Source: Candidatus Micrarchaeia archaeon (GTDB lineage: Archaea > Micrarchaeota > Micrarchaeia > Micrarchaeales > CABMGC01). Taken from it: a stretch of 55,918 nt of DNA. The translations under genes were made by a program, and so were the position numbers. The notes beneath the pieces were generated by a model. That model was not told the origin of the DNA and did no database searches. It saw nothing but the letters and a program-made list of their open reading frames with translations. The stretch spans positions 1 to 55,918 of the forward strand of contig JBMFIM010000003.1 in NCBI GenBank assembly GCA_049976305.1. The letters are read 5' to 3'. Below are positions 37,099 to 46,650 of this stretch, piece by piece; within the stretch, counting starts at the first letter, position 1; each line of letters starts with the position of its first letter.

Positions 37099-37767
37099 TC
37101 ATGCTAGGCTGTCAAGAAACTCTTCAACCTTTTTGTGCGCATTGCCGATTATGGGCCCGCCGTGGCCCGGGAACAGATTGTCAAAATCCAGCGCCCTGAG
37201 CTTTTGCAAAGAGCGCTTGATTAGAGCGGTGTTGAGATTGTATCTTTCTGGTGGCAGGGCAAGAACGCCCTTCTCTGTGCTTATTGAATCGCCCACAAAA
37301 AGAGATTTTGTTCGCTCATGCAGGTATGCGCAGCTTCCTTCTGTATGGCCGGGTATGTGCACAACCTTGAATTCCCCAATTTTCTCGCCGCCTTTTAGCA
37401 GCAAGTCTGGCTTTGTTTTGGTAAATATGAAAGGCCTGATAATTCTGAGCATAATGCCCTGAATTCCTTTCGGAAGCGCAAATTTCTTCTCCCTGGTGAG
37501 GTATGGAGCGTCAAGCTCGTGGATTGCAAGTTTTGCATTTGTAATGTCCTTTATCTCTTTTGCGCTTCCTGTGTGGTCCAAATGGGCATGGGTGAGCAAG
37601 ATAAGCTTAACGTCTTTAGGCGAAAGCCCTGCTTCCTCTGCCGCCTTCATTATCTTTTTCGCGCTGTGCGGCATGCCGCAGTCTATTATGGCAGGATCCT
37701 TTCCAATGACTATGTAGGAATTTGCCACAACGCCTTCAGCTTTGAAAATGCCATCTACTATTTTCAT
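37099..37767 (-). CDS. MBL-fold metallo-hydrolase
   Basis: IDCG, THAHLDH, PGHTEG, FVGD, PGHG. Confidence 0.92.
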   Translation of the reverse strand: MKIVDGIFKAEGVVANSYIVIGKDPAIIDCGMPHSAKKIMKAAEEAGLSPKDVKLILLTHAHLDHTGSAKEIKDITNAKLAIHELDAPYLTREKKFALPKGIQGIMLRIIRPFIFTKTKPDLLLKGGEKIGEFKVVHIPGHTEGSCAYLHERTKSLFVGDSISTEKGVLALPPERYNLNTALIKRSLQKLRALDFDNLFPGHGGPIIGNAHKKVEEFLDSLA

Positions 37768-37771
37768 GAAG

Positions 37772-39211
37772 CTAGCCCTTTACTACAAGTATTGGCACGT
37801 TCCTTACTACTATCTTTGACAAGCCTGCCTTTTCTACAGTGCCAACAACCTCGTCGACATTCTTGTATGCCCACTCAGCCTCTTCGCTTATGAGGTTTTT
37901 GCTTTTGACCCTGAGCTCTATTCCTTTCTCCTTTAGCGAGCTCAATGTCTTGCTTGCAGGTATCTCCCTTATCGCTTGGTGCCTTGACATTACCCTTCCA
38001 GAGCCGTGGCATGTAGTTCCAAAGCTTTCCTGCATTGAACCGGGCATGCCGCAGAGTATGTAGCTTGCGGTGCCCATGCTTCCTGGTATGAGCACAGGCT
38101 GGCCTATGTCCCTGTAAGGCTTTGGCACTTCGCTTCTTCCTTTTGGAAATGCGCGCGTTGCCCCTTTTCTGTGCACATAAACTTTTACCTTTCTCCCTTC
38201 TACCTCGTGCTCTTCAAGCTTTGCTATGTTGTGCGCAACGTCGTAGAGTGTTTCCATTCCAAGCTCGTCAGCGCTTTTGCCGAATGCCTGCTCAAAGCTC
38301 TTTCTTACTGCGTGCGCTATAAGCTCCCTGTTTGCAAAAGCATAGTTAACCGCGCATCTCATTGCAGCAAGGTAGTTTTGGGCTTCTTTGTCCTTTACAT
38401 ATGCATAGCTTAGCTCTTTGTCTACAAGCCTTATCCCTTTTCTAGCCTGGTACTCGTTAAGCTCTCTGAGATAGTCGCTTGCGATCTGGTGGCCGAAGCC
38501 CCTAGAGCCTGTATGCACCATTACCACTACCTGGTCTTTCTCAAGCCCGTATGCCTTTGCAATTTGATCGTCGAAAACTCTCTCTACCTTCTGCACTTCT
38601 AGGAAATGGTTGCCTGCGCCAAGAGTGCCAAGCTCGTTTAGTCCTCTCGACTTTGCCTCTTTGCTTACCTTGCTGAAGTCGGCTCCCTGCATCGCCCCGT
38701 TCTCCTCTATGCGCTCTATGTCTTCGCTTATCCCGAAACCTTTTGATACCAAGTAGGGCACGCCTTCCTCTGCTATTCTCTCCAGATCCCCTTGGCTTAG
38801 GCCAAGGTTTATCCTGCTTCCGACTCCGCTTGGCACATTCTTGAAAAGCAGGTCTCCAAGCTGCTTGAGCTTAGGCCTTACCTCTTTTTCGGTAAGGTTT
38901 GTCTTTATCACCTTTATCCCGCAGTTTATGTCAAATCCTATTGCACCGGGAGATATTATGCCTTCGTCAGCATCGAAAGCTGCAACCCCACCTACAGGAA
39001 AGCCGTATCCTTCGTGGCCATCTGGCATTACCAGCACATTGCCAACAAGCCCTGGAAGAGTTGTGGCATTAGCTGCCTGCTGCAGGGTTCTGTCTTTTTT
39101 CATGTTGTTCAGCAGGGCTTCAGTAGCGTAAATGCGCACATCAGTAAGCATGCCAAGCGCAGGATCTTTCTTGATCTTGAACCTTATCTCGTCTATCCTT
39201 TCTATCTCCAT
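37772..39211 (-). CDS. rtcB: tRNA-splicing ligase RtcB
   Basis: MPDGHEGYGFPVG, DINCG, GTLGAGNHFLE, HTGSRG, HN, HRKGAT, PGSMG, CHGSGR. Confidence 0.97.
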   Translation of the reverse strand: MEIERIDEIRFKIKKDPALGMLTDVRIYATEALLNNMKKDRTLQQAANATTLPGLVGNVLVMPDGHEGYGFPVGGVAAFDADEGIISPGAIGFDINCGIKVIKTNLTEKEVRPKLKQLGDLLFKNVPSGVGSRINLGLSQGDLERIAEEGVPYLVSKGFGISEDIERIEENGAMQGADFSKVSKEAKSRGLNELGTLGAGNHFLEVQKVERVFDDQIAKAYGLEKDQVVVMVHTGSRGFGHQIASDYLRELNEYQARKGIRLVDKELSYAYVKDKEAQNYLAAMRCAVNYAFANRELIAHAVRKSFEQAFGKSADELGMETLYDVAHNIAKLEEHEVEGRKVKVYVHRKGATRAFPKGRSEVPKPYRDIGQPVLIPGSMGTASYILCGMPGSMQESFGTTCHGSGRVMSRHQAIREIPASKTLSSLKEKGIELRVKSKNLISEEAEWAYKNVDEVVGTVEKAGLSKIVVRNVPILVVKG

Positions 39212-39331
39212 TTTATCGGAAAAATAATAGCAAAGAATAAATATAAGTTTAACATAATATGTTCAAGCGCGTGGTGGAAATCGCGTGGCGATGGTGAAGA
39301 AATATTAATGTTTAACAAATAATTACATCGT

Positions 39332-39429
39332 GCAGGGATGGCGGAGCTTGGTCAAACGCGACAGACTCAAGATCTGTTGGCCTTAGGCCTGCGGGAGTTC
39401 AAAAGCGTGAACAAATCTCCCTCCCTGCA
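39332..39429 (+). tRNA. tRNA-Leu(CAA) with 12-nt T-loop intron (39403-39414) at position 58/59
   Basis: GCAGGGA/TCCCTGC acceptor; ACAGA-CTCAAGA-TCTGT; removing AAGCGTGAACAA restores GGGAG-TTCAAAT-CTCCC; BHB helix GTTC/GAAC. Confidence 0.93.
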
Positions 39430-39457
39430 CAAGTGATGCTTAAAAAGGCGTGATAAA

Positions 39458-40195
39458 ATGGTTGCAAAAGTTTCAAAGTCAAAATCCAAGTCAAAGGCTA
39501 AGGAGCCTAAAAGGGCAAAGGAGAAATCATCGGGCAAGCTGGCTAGGATAAAGAAGGCCCACATTAAGGAGAAAGTACTGCTTGACATTCCTCTTTATGC
39601 CCAGACAGAGGATTTCACCAGCTCTGCTGCCGCAGCGATGATGGTGCTTAAGACTCTCAACAAGAACTTCAAGCTCAAGAAGGACGTGGAGGAGAAGATA
39701 TGGCAAGAGGCAGTAAACGGGAGCGTATGGTACGGCTCTAAGTACGGCCTTGCCTATGCGCTTGCCAAGAGAGGCGCAGAAGTAGCAATTATGAGCAACA
39801 CAAAAGACGAGGGCTACGAAAAGACAATGGCTGTTTACGAGAACATAAACCTTGACACTCTTAGCGCTTCCTTTTCCGAGATAAAGCAGAAGGCACTTGG
39901 CATGGGAGTAGAGGAGGAGTACATACCAAGCGCAAACCTGCAGCTTATAAAGAAAGCCCTTTCTTCAAACTACATTCCTATAATACTGATAGACATAAGG
40001 GCGATACTCGGCACTGAGAAGAGCGAGGAAATGGAATCTTTGCCGCACTGGGTAGTTGTGAAGGGCTACGACAAGGACAATTTCTACATAAACGATCCAT
40101 ACTCATATCACACAATAGCACTTGATCCTGAATCCCTGAAGGCGGCACTAGGCTACGAGAACGACTTCCACATGATTCTTGTAAAGAAGAAATAA
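39458..40195 (+). CDS. Peptidase C39-like protein with Cys-to-Ser substitution and basic N-terminal tail
   Basis: PLYAQTEDFTSSAAAAMMVL, HWVVVKGYD, YINDP. Confidence 0.8.
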   Translation: MVAKVSKSKSKSKAKEPKRAKEKSSGKLARIKKAHIKEKVLLDIPLYAQTEDFTSSAAAAMMVLKTLNKNFKLKKDVEEKIWQEAVNGSVWYGSKYGLAYALAKRGAEVAIMSNTKDEGYEKTMAVYENINLDTLSASFSEIKQKALGMGVEEEYIPSANLQLIKKALSSNYIPIILIDIRAILGTEKSEEMESLPHWVVVKGYDKDNFYINDPYSYHTIALDPESLKAALGYENDFHMILVKKK

Positions 40196-40202
40196 TTGTC
40201 CT

Positions 40203-40925
40203 TTACCCTTCTCCCCACATTTCTGTTTTTATGTTTGATTGCTCAACGCCCATGCTTGCCATTAGATCCTTCATCGCTTTTACAAAGTTCAAAGGCCCGC
40301 AAATATAGCATATTCTTTCCCTGAAGTCTGGCACATACTTGCTTATCATTTCCTCGTTTATGTGGCCTGTTGGGCCCTGCCAGTTGTCATTCGGTTGAGG
40401 CCTTGTTATTGTGATGGTAGTTTTGACCTTCGGCGCTTCCAGACCTTCGAAGCTTTCAAGCTGATCCCTGGCAAGTATGTAGCTTGGGTATTTCACGCTG
40501 TATATCATGCTAATGTCGGCGCTTAGCCTGTTCTTTATAGCGTATTTTATCATGGAAAGGAATGGCGCTAGGCCTGTACCGCCTGCAAGGAACAGGTATT
40601 TGCCCTTAGAAGCGTCGAATTTGAAGGCGCCATACGGCGCTGAGATGTAGTAGACATCTCCAACTTTTGCCTGCTCCAGCTTGCTTGTGAGCTTGCCATG
40701 CACAAGCTCTATCAAGAACTCCACATAGCTGTTTCCTGGCTCGCTAGCTATGGAATAGGCCCTGCCGATCTCCTCTCCAGTCTGAGGATCCTTGTAGTAA
40801 AGCATCGCAAACATGCCAGGGGTAAAGTCCAGAATGGAGTTGTCCTGGAACCTGAAACGATACAAGTTTATGTTTTCGGCCTGGGGTATTATGGCCTCCA
40901 ACACGCTTGGCTTTTTAACAAACAT
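40203..40925 (-). CDS. Ferredoxin-NAD(P)+ reductase-like FAD oxidoreductase
   Basis: FTPGMF, RAYSIAS, GKLTS, PYGAF, AGGTGLAP, YICGP. Confidence 0.92.
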   Translation of the reverse strand: MFVKKPSVLEAIIPQAENINLYRFRFQDNSILDFTPGMFAMLYYKDPQTGEEIGRAYSIASEPGNSYVEFLIELVHGKLTSKLEQAKVGDVYYISAPYGAFKFDASKGKYLFLAGGTGLAPFLSMIKYAIKNRLSADISMIYSVKYPSYILARDQLESFEGLEAPKVKTTITITRPQPNDNWQGPTGHINEEMISKYVPDFRERICYICGPLNFVKAMKDLMASMGVEQSNIKTEMWGEG

Positions 40926-40943
40926 GCAATCAAAACTGCAAAA

Positions 40944-41279
40944 CTACTGTTTGCTTTTCTTTGTGTTAATCGCCTGCTCAGCTATTTTTTCCAGCTTTTC
41001 GGCTTCTTTTATCACATTTTTTATCTTTTCGTTTATGCTGTAGCCCAAGTCGTAGCCCCTTTCAGTCCTTATGTGCGTGGGCTGCAGGATGTTGTAGTTT
41101 ATTGACAATGTCCTGAGCGCTATTATCAGAGTTTTTCTTGTGAACTGCTTGCCCAGAATAGTGTAAAGCTCGTGCGTGGTCCTAGGCGATTTGGAAAGGA
41201 GAAGCTTGAGCACGGCATAGTTCGGCCTGCTAAGCACCTTTCTGAGAAGCCACAGCTCATCCTCTTCTTGCTTAGGCAT
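40944..41279 (-). CDS. Small winged-helix DNA-binding protein, divergent from pilus operon
   Basis: HTH-like VLKLL...TTHELY...TRKTLIIALRTL followed by beta-wing GYSI. Confidence 0.65.
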   Translation of the reverse strand: MPKQEEDELWLLRKVLSRPNYAVLKLLLSKSPRTTHELYTILGKQFTRKTLIIALRTLSINYNILQPTHIRTERGYDLGYSINEKIKNVIKEAEKLEKIAEQAINTKKSKQ

Positions 41280-41373
41280 ATTTGTAAATTTCAAATTAAG
41301 GTTTATAAAGGTGCCTATGGCCTTGGCATAAACAGCAAGCTATATAAATCTTATACTTATATCAATATTAAAC

Positions 41374-42882
41374 ATGTTTTATCAAAGTAAAAGATTATTT
41401 ACCTTTTTCCATAAATCAAACCTTGCCTCCAAAGCTGAGGCCAAAAGGCTGCCGCTAAGCTTCGAGATTCTTGATGCAGAAGGGGCGCTGATTAAAGAAG
41501 AAGGCCCTTACCACCATTTGGTAAAGGCAGGCAATACAAGCTATTTTGTAGTGGGCATCGGCAAGGGGCTGAGCGCTTACGACATGAATGTTGCGGCAGA
41601 GGTCAAGGCAAAGGTTGTGGATTGGATTTTAGGCTCTGGAATTAGCGTGGAGATTGATGAGGTTGAGAAAGTCAAGCAGTTTGCGCTTTCGCTGCTCAAT
41701 GAGAAGACAGATGCAGAAACAGCTGGCTTCCTTGCGTATCTCATAGCGCACGACACTGTGGGCTACGGGCCTTTGAGTATGCTCCTTGATGCAAGCAAGG
41801 ACCTTGAAGAAATAGAAGTCAATGCGCCTACTCTGCCCATACGGGTCTATGATACCGAATTTGGCGATTGCCAAACAAACCTGAGATTTGTTAGCGAGCA
41901 GGCGTTTAGGCTTAGCATAAACAAGCTAGTATACAAAGCAGAGAAGGAGCTTGGCACATCGATGCCGGTAGTAGATGCGCAGGTCGAGAATGCAAGGGTA
42001 CATGCACAAATAAAGCCTTATGCTCAATCCGGTGGCGTTGCTACAATAAGGCTGAGAAAAAAGAAGATCCTCGGTTTGCCGGAGCTTTTGCAAAGCGGTA
42101 CGGTGGGCCCAGATACCCTGGCCTATGCCTGGCTTGCAGTAGAATGCGGAATGAATATACTTGTTTCAGGGGCGCCAGCAAGCGGAAAGACTACTTTGTT
42201 GAACACCCTTCTTTCTTTTGTTCCATTTCACCACAGGACTGTGGTGATAGAGGAAGATGTAAACGAGATCGATGCCGGCAACAGCCTAAACAACATAGTG
42301 GCGCTCTACGGCGCTAAGTTCGGCAAGCTCTCTGTCAGAGACCAGGCCATAAATGCCTTAAGGCTGAGGCCAGACAGGCTTGTTGTTGGGGAGCTGAGGG
42401 GCGAGGAAGCGAAGGAGATATTTGCTAGTGCAAATCTCGGCATTCCTTTCATGGCAACAATGCACAGCAATGAAGGCGCTTATACAGTACTCAAAAAACT
42501 GGCTGTAAAGCCGATGGCTGTGGATATCAAGTCTTTGAGCATGCTTGACATCGCGTTCTACATGAAGCAGACAGGGATTACTGAAAGAAAGCTCTATGCA
42601 GGCTATGAGTTCAGATGGCTAAGCAGAGGCGAGACCGATAGCGGAATTGAGATAGCAGGCGTTGACAAGGTCGGCGTTTTCGAGCCTATAAAGCTGGGAA
42701 GCCTTGATGCCGAGTACATTCCACATTCAAAGGTCATAGAGGCGTATGCCAAGAAAAATGACATAAGCGTAAAGTCGGCGCTTAAGGAGCTCGCCAAAAG
42801 GCAGAAGTTTTTGGAATCTTTGACAAAAGAGCAAGAAGACAGCGTGTACTCCAAAATACAAAGCTATAGGGCGATGTTTTGA
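41374..42882 (+). CDS. Type IV pilus assembly ATPase (VirB11/CpaF/ArlI-like)
   Basis: GYGPL..LL, GAPASGKTT, IEE, LRLRPDRLVVGE.RG, TMHS. Confidence 0.93.
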   Translation: MFYQSKRLFTFFHKSNLASKAEAKRLPLSFEILDAEGALIKEEGPYHHLVKAGNTSYFVVGIGKGLSAYDMNVAAEVKAKVVDWILGSGISVEIDEVEKVKQFALSLLNEKTDAETAGFLAYLIAHDTVGYGPLSMLLDASKDLEEIEVNAPTLPIRVYDTEFGDCQTNLRFVSEQAFRLSINKLVYKAEKELGTSMPVVDAQVENARVHAQIKPYAQSGGVATIRLRKKKILGLPELLQSGTVGPDTLAYAWLAVECGMNILVSGAPASGKTTLLNTLLSFVPFHHRTVVIEEDVNEIDAGNSLNNIVALYGAKFGKLSVRDQAINALRLRPDRLVVGELRGEEAKEIFASANLGIPFMATMHSNEGAYTVLKKLAVKPMAVDIKSLSMLDIAFYMKQTGITERKLYAGYEFRWLSRGETDSGIEIAGVDKVGVFEPIKLGSLDAEYIPHSKVIEAYAKKNDISVKSALKELAKRQKFLESLTKEQEDSVYSKIQSYRAMF

Positions 42883-43430
42883 ACGTAGCAATTTTGCTTT
42901 TTGTTGCCTCCTCCGCTGCAGTTTCCTATTTTCTATACCGCATAATCTTATTCAACAAGCTGATGTATAGGCAAAAGGCAATAAGCGAAATGGTTTTTGC
43001 TGACTTGGAAAACGCTTTGGGATTTGTGGAAGAGGGATTGCCTGTTTTGCAGTCTGTCAACCTTGTTAGTGAGCAAGAGGCAGACGAAAACGCAAGGACC
43101 AGGCTTTCCAAGCTTGTAGCAGAGCACAAACTGGGCATGGGCCACTTGACCAAAGAGGCGTTGGAAAACAGGCTCCAGCTATACAGGGAGAAGGAGGAGA
43201 GGGCGAGAAGTGTGGCTGAAGGTACAATACAGACTTACTCTACTCTGAGAATGTTTGTGGCAGCTGTTGCACCTGCATTCATACTTTTTGCATTTATAGG
43301 GAGCCAAGTGCTTGAAAGCGCGAGCATGAGCTCATGGCTTTTTGCTTCCTTGCTGTTGTTCCTTTTGCCTTCAGTCTTCGCTCTTATCGGCACTATCATG
43401 AATAGGCGTGTATATGGCACATCAGAATGA
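42879..43430 (+). CDS. Pilus membrane platform protein (TadB-like)
   Basis: 3 TMs, coupled to the ATPase by a TTGA overlap. Confidence 0.65.
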   Translation: MNVAILLFVASSAAVSYFLYRIILFNKLMYRQKAISEMVFADLENALGFVEEGLPVLQSVNLVSEQEADENARTRLSKLVAEHKLGMGHLTKEALENRLQLYREKEERARSVAEGTIQTYSTLRMFVAAVAPAFILFAFIGSQVLESASMSSWLFASLLLFLLPSVFALIGTIMNRRVYGTSE

Positions 43431-43998
43431 TCTGCTTTATTGGCTTAGGTCTTTGCGTTACAGGCTTGCGTACGAGCCTTTGCCCATGGCTATTGTGCAT
43501 TCCGCAGGCGAAGGCAAGTACGGAGCCGAGTTTTTGCAAATCTATAGGCAATATCTCCTTGGAGTTAGTAGGTTTAGCATTGATGGCGATAGGCAGGAAA
43601 GAATCATAGCCAACGTGATTTGGTTCTCTTTGCTTAACGGAATAAAGCCTGAGCGCCTTGTCGACTATGCTATAAGAAAACTGGATAGCGAGCTTGCCTT
43701 TGCAAACAGGCTTAGGTCTAGGATAAGCAGCAACAGCCTTGTTGCATATGCGGGAATAGTTTACTTCTTCCCCATGTTTGCAGGCATAAGCATGTCGTTG
43801 CTTCAAACCGCAAGCCCTGTGTCATTGGTGCTCGTAAGCGCTTTACTAGCTTACCCGTTCATCATGCTTTTTATAGAGCAAGCACTGAGCTCGGTAGAAA
43901 AGCCTATGAGAAAAGTCCTCTTTGGCGTGTTGCCCTATTACATGCTTTCGGTTGCGATTTTCCTGCTTGCACGCTTGCTTACCAATTCAATATTATAG
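43408..43998 (+). CDS. Pilus membrane platform protein (TadC-like)
   Basis: Cytoplasmic helical domain followed by TMs; operon position. Confidence 0.6.
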   Translation: MYMAHQNDLLYWLRSLRYRLAYEPLPMAIVHSAGEGKYGAEFLQIYRQYLLGVSRFSIDGDRQERIIANVIWFSLLNGIKPERLVDYAIRKLDSELAFANRLRSRISSNSLVAYAGIVYFFPMFAGISMSLLQTASPVSLVLVSALLAYPFIMLFIEQALSSVEKPMRKVLFGVLPYYMLSVAIFLLARLLTNSIL

Positions 43999-44006
43999 GT
44001 GAGAAC

Positions 44007-44258
44007 ATGGAAGCCAAAAGACTGGTGCCAATAACGGCATACGCCTTCCTTGCAATTGCAAGGAGCAAAAGGGCGCAGAGCTCGCTCGAGTACGTGATGA
44101 TGATAGCGGCAGCGAGCATAGTAATAGTATTGGCAATAGCAATGGTGGTAAAGCTGAAAGGTGCAGTAGTAACGAGCGTCAATGTAAACGGAACAAGCAT
44201 GAGCATATCGCAGGCAATCTCCAAAGAGCTCGGCGCATTGACTTCTAACGGGGTTTGA
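44007..44258 (+). CDS. Type IV pilin (likely major pilin)
   Basis: SD AGGTGA; KRA-QSSLEY class III signal (Q+1, E+5); short mature chain. Confidence 0.85.
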   Translation: MEAKRLVPITAYAFLAIARSKRAQSSLEYVMMIAAASIVIVLAIAMVVKLKGAVVTSVNVNGTSMSISQAISKELGALTSNGV

Positions 44259-44617
44259 TGAAGGCCCAACTTTCGCTGGAGCTGCTGATATACCTTTCTT
44301 TGGCGTCTTCAGCAGCTCTGGCGTCAATGGTTGCTTTCTCTAAGATGTTGTCAGATGCAAGCAGCATTGCAAGCGCATATGCTATAGAGGAGTTTGTCTC
44401 CTCTTTAAATTCAGCCTTAATTTTTGGGAATAAAAGCGCAAGCCTTTACATACCAAAAGGCATGTGCACCGCAAAGATAAGCGGCCAGTCAATCATAATT
44501 GGCAATTCAACCTACGCCCTTGTAGAGCCTATTCAAGGCAATGCCTTTTGCCCTGACGGAATTGAGGCTACGCTTAACATAACCTACTTCAACGGCTATG
44601 CCCTAATCAGGCGATAA
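44255..44617 (+). CDS. Minor pilin
   Basis: MKA-QLSLE signal followed by a hydrophobic helix. Confidence 0.8.
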   Translation: MMKAQLSLELLIYLSLASSAALASMVAFSKMLSDASSIASAYAIEEFVSSLNSALIFGNKSASLYIPKGMCTAKISGQSIIIGNSTYALVEPIQGNAFCPDGIEATLNITYFNGYALIRR

Positions 44618-44618
44618 A

Positions 44619-44732
44619 ATGAAGCTTCAAATACTGGTCGAAGCCATTGTCAACATTGTTATTGCATTGTCAATCTCTACCGCAGTATTAGGAGTGGCGC
44701 TTATGCTGATAAGGCCGGAGGTAGTGATATAA
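44619..44732 (+). CDS. 37-aa micro-pilin (below the ORF-track cutoff)
   Basis: MKL-QILVEAIVNIVIALSISTAVLGVALMLIRPEVVI*; fills the operon gap exactly; its TAA overlaps the next ATG. Confidence 0.7.
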   Translation: MKLQILVEAIVNIVIALSISTAVLGVALMLIRPEVVI

Positions 44733-45070
44733 TGCTGGATTCGGCAATTGCAGCTTCGATAGCTGGGATCGGCATGACCTTTCTCTTGACAACGCTCCTT
44801 GTTCTTTCGCACAATTCAGAAATAGTAGCATATGAAAACAAAAGCATTGTGCTGTTCGGATGGTCTCAGGCAGTCTATGCCAACTTGTCACGGCTAAGTG
44901 TCGCAGGCATAGATAGGTTAGGCAGCGTGTGCAATGGGAAAATGTGCTTCAGGCTACTTCCTTTAAGCAATGCCGAACCTTGCAGCTTGCAAGAAGTTTG
45001 CAGGATACTAAGCACGCCTAATGCCTCTTACGAATTGGTGTTCTACTATGAGAATTCAAGCCTCTCTTGA
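44732..45070 (+). CDS. Pilus-operon membrane-anchored protein (minor pilin-like)
   Basis: N-terminal hydrophobic helix, Cys pairs, SD GGAGGT. Confidence 0.65.
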   Translation: MLDSAIAASIAGIGMTFLLTTLLVLSHNSEIVAYENKSIVLFGWSQAVYANLSRLSVAGIDRLGSVCNGKMCFRLLPLSNAEPCSLQEVCRILSTPNASYELVFYYENSSLS

Positions 45071-46304
45071 GTTTTTGGTATTGGCATCGGTTGTTGCATT
45101 GCTCGCGCTAACAGTTATTTCCTACTACCTCCCCATTTACAGAAGCGAAAGCAAAATAGAAGGCATCGCCTTTTCCATCAATGCTTCTGCCAATTCCCGA
45201 GCCCAACGCCCGTTGTTGCAGGCATATCCTAAAGCAGAGCTGTTTTTGGGGAATGTTTCTTACCTTGGCAAGATCGGCTACCTTCAGATGCTTGTTGAAG
45301 ATTGCGACGGCTACGCTGTGCTTAATGCATCTTCGAGCAAGCTGGTTCTTCTCTCCAATTCGTCCAATTTGAGCGTAGATGGATTGGGAGTAATCTCCCT
45401 TCCATATTTTCCAACTGCCGCCGGTTTGGCAAATGTGCATGCAAGCTACAACCTGCATTGTGGAAATGAAACTTATTCCAATTCAACAAACCTGAGTACT
45501 TATGTCTTATCAACCGCCAATAGCTCAACTCCTATTTATGCTAGGCTTGATCCTGCTAAAGAAGACATAGCCTACCAGCTTGCGAATCCTGTTCCTGTAG
45601 TATATACTACGCAATCAACCCGCTGCACCCTTACAAACTTTTTCTACCAGCCATTGCCCTTGCAAGACCAGTGCGGCACACCAAATGTATGGGGCTACGA
45701 ACAATTTTCCATATGGTGCTATTACAACGTTGGCGGCACAACGACCACTACAACATGCATATACCCTCACAACACTACCTATGCAACAAGCAACATAACT
45801 AGTGCATTGCCAATCTATTCATTTCTGCTCCGCATCTATACGCCTTTCGGAGTGCTCAACTCCTCGCTAAACACCACAGCTAGCGCCCCTGTTTATCTCG
45901 GGCTTAGAGAAGTAGGGACTGCGCATGTAGAAAATGTGACCTTCTTTCCTAACACAAGCATTTTAGAGAGTGGGGTAGTTTGGAGAAATGCTGTAGGCTT
46001 CCTGGCAAAGCCAGCAGCGTTCAAAGCATATGTCAATGCCCAGCGCAGCATGTACTCTACACTTGCCTACTATAATTCGACGCTTACTTATTCCCCAAAC
46101 ATCTACCAGGCAATATCTGATTATGAAGATGCTGCAAAATCGCTGTTAAATTCTAGCATAAATGCTTCATGCAATGTGGCTGCAAATTCAGTAGTGTGCG
46201 GCGCAAGCATGCCTTTCGAATATCTCATAAACGTGCATCTGCACGGAATAAACTTAAACACAAGCCTGCAGTATCTAGGCTCTGAAATAAATATAATAGG
46301 GTAG
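45048..46304 (+). CDS. Large pilin-like protein / putative adhesin
   Basis: MRI-QASLEF class III signal; S/T/N-rich beta domains with Cys pairs. Confidence 0.8.
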   Translation: MRIQASLEFLVLASVVALLALTVISYYLPIYRSESKIEGIAFSINASANSRAQRPLLQAYPKAELFLGNVSYLGKIGYLQMLVEDCDGYAVLNASSSKLVLLSNSSNLSVDGLGVISLPYFPTAAGLANVHASYNLHCGNETYSNSTNLSTYVLSTANSSTPIYARLDPAKEDIAYQLANPVPVVYTTQSTRCTLTNFFYQPLPLQDQCGTPNVWGYEQFSIWCYYNVGGTTTTTTCIYPHNTTYATSNITSALPIYSFLLRIYTPFGVLNSSLNTTASAPVYLGLREVGTAHVENVTFFPNTSILESGVVWRNAVGFLAKPAAFKAYVNAQRSMYSTLAYYNSTLTYSPNIYQAISDYEDAAKSLLNSSINASCNVAANSVVCGASMPFEYLINVHLHGINLNTSLQYLGSEINIIG

Positions 46305-46307
46305 CAT

Positions 46308-46649
46308 ATGAAAGCACAACTTGCCACGTTCGAAACGGCAATAGGAGTAGGCGTGTTTTTAGCAGTAGCTGCGTATGTTTGGAGCAATGCCTACGCCCTA
46401 GCAGAAGGCACAATTTCGAGTGCTGCCACACTCGATAACGAGGCCGTTGCTTATGATGTGTTTAATTTTCTCAGGCATAACGCCACAGCGCAGATGTGTT
46501 TGAACCAGCTCAATGAAGCTTGCATTACGCGGCTGCTCATTCCTTTCAGTGCGATATACTTTCGGCATTTCAGCATAGTCCTCAACGGCACTATTGCTAA
46601 TGGTGCCTGCGATCTGATCGATGGAAAGATTGTTTGCCTAAGTGTGTGA
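46308..46649 (+). CDS. Minor pilin
   Basis: MKA-QLATFE signal followed by a hydrophobic helix. Confidence 0.75.
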   Translation: MKAQLATFETAIGVGVFLAVAAYVWSNAYALAEGTISSAATLDNEAVAYDVFNFLRHNATAQMCLNQLNEACITRLLIPFSAIYFRHFSIVLNGTIANGACDLIDGKIVCLSV

Positions 46650-46650
46650 A

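Noticed and set aside
39287-39300. GGCGATGGTG resembling the start of a fluoride riboswitch
   Set aside because: The following pairing segment (GTTCGCC-like) and the downstream conserved elements are absent, and no fluoride-related gene is adjacent.
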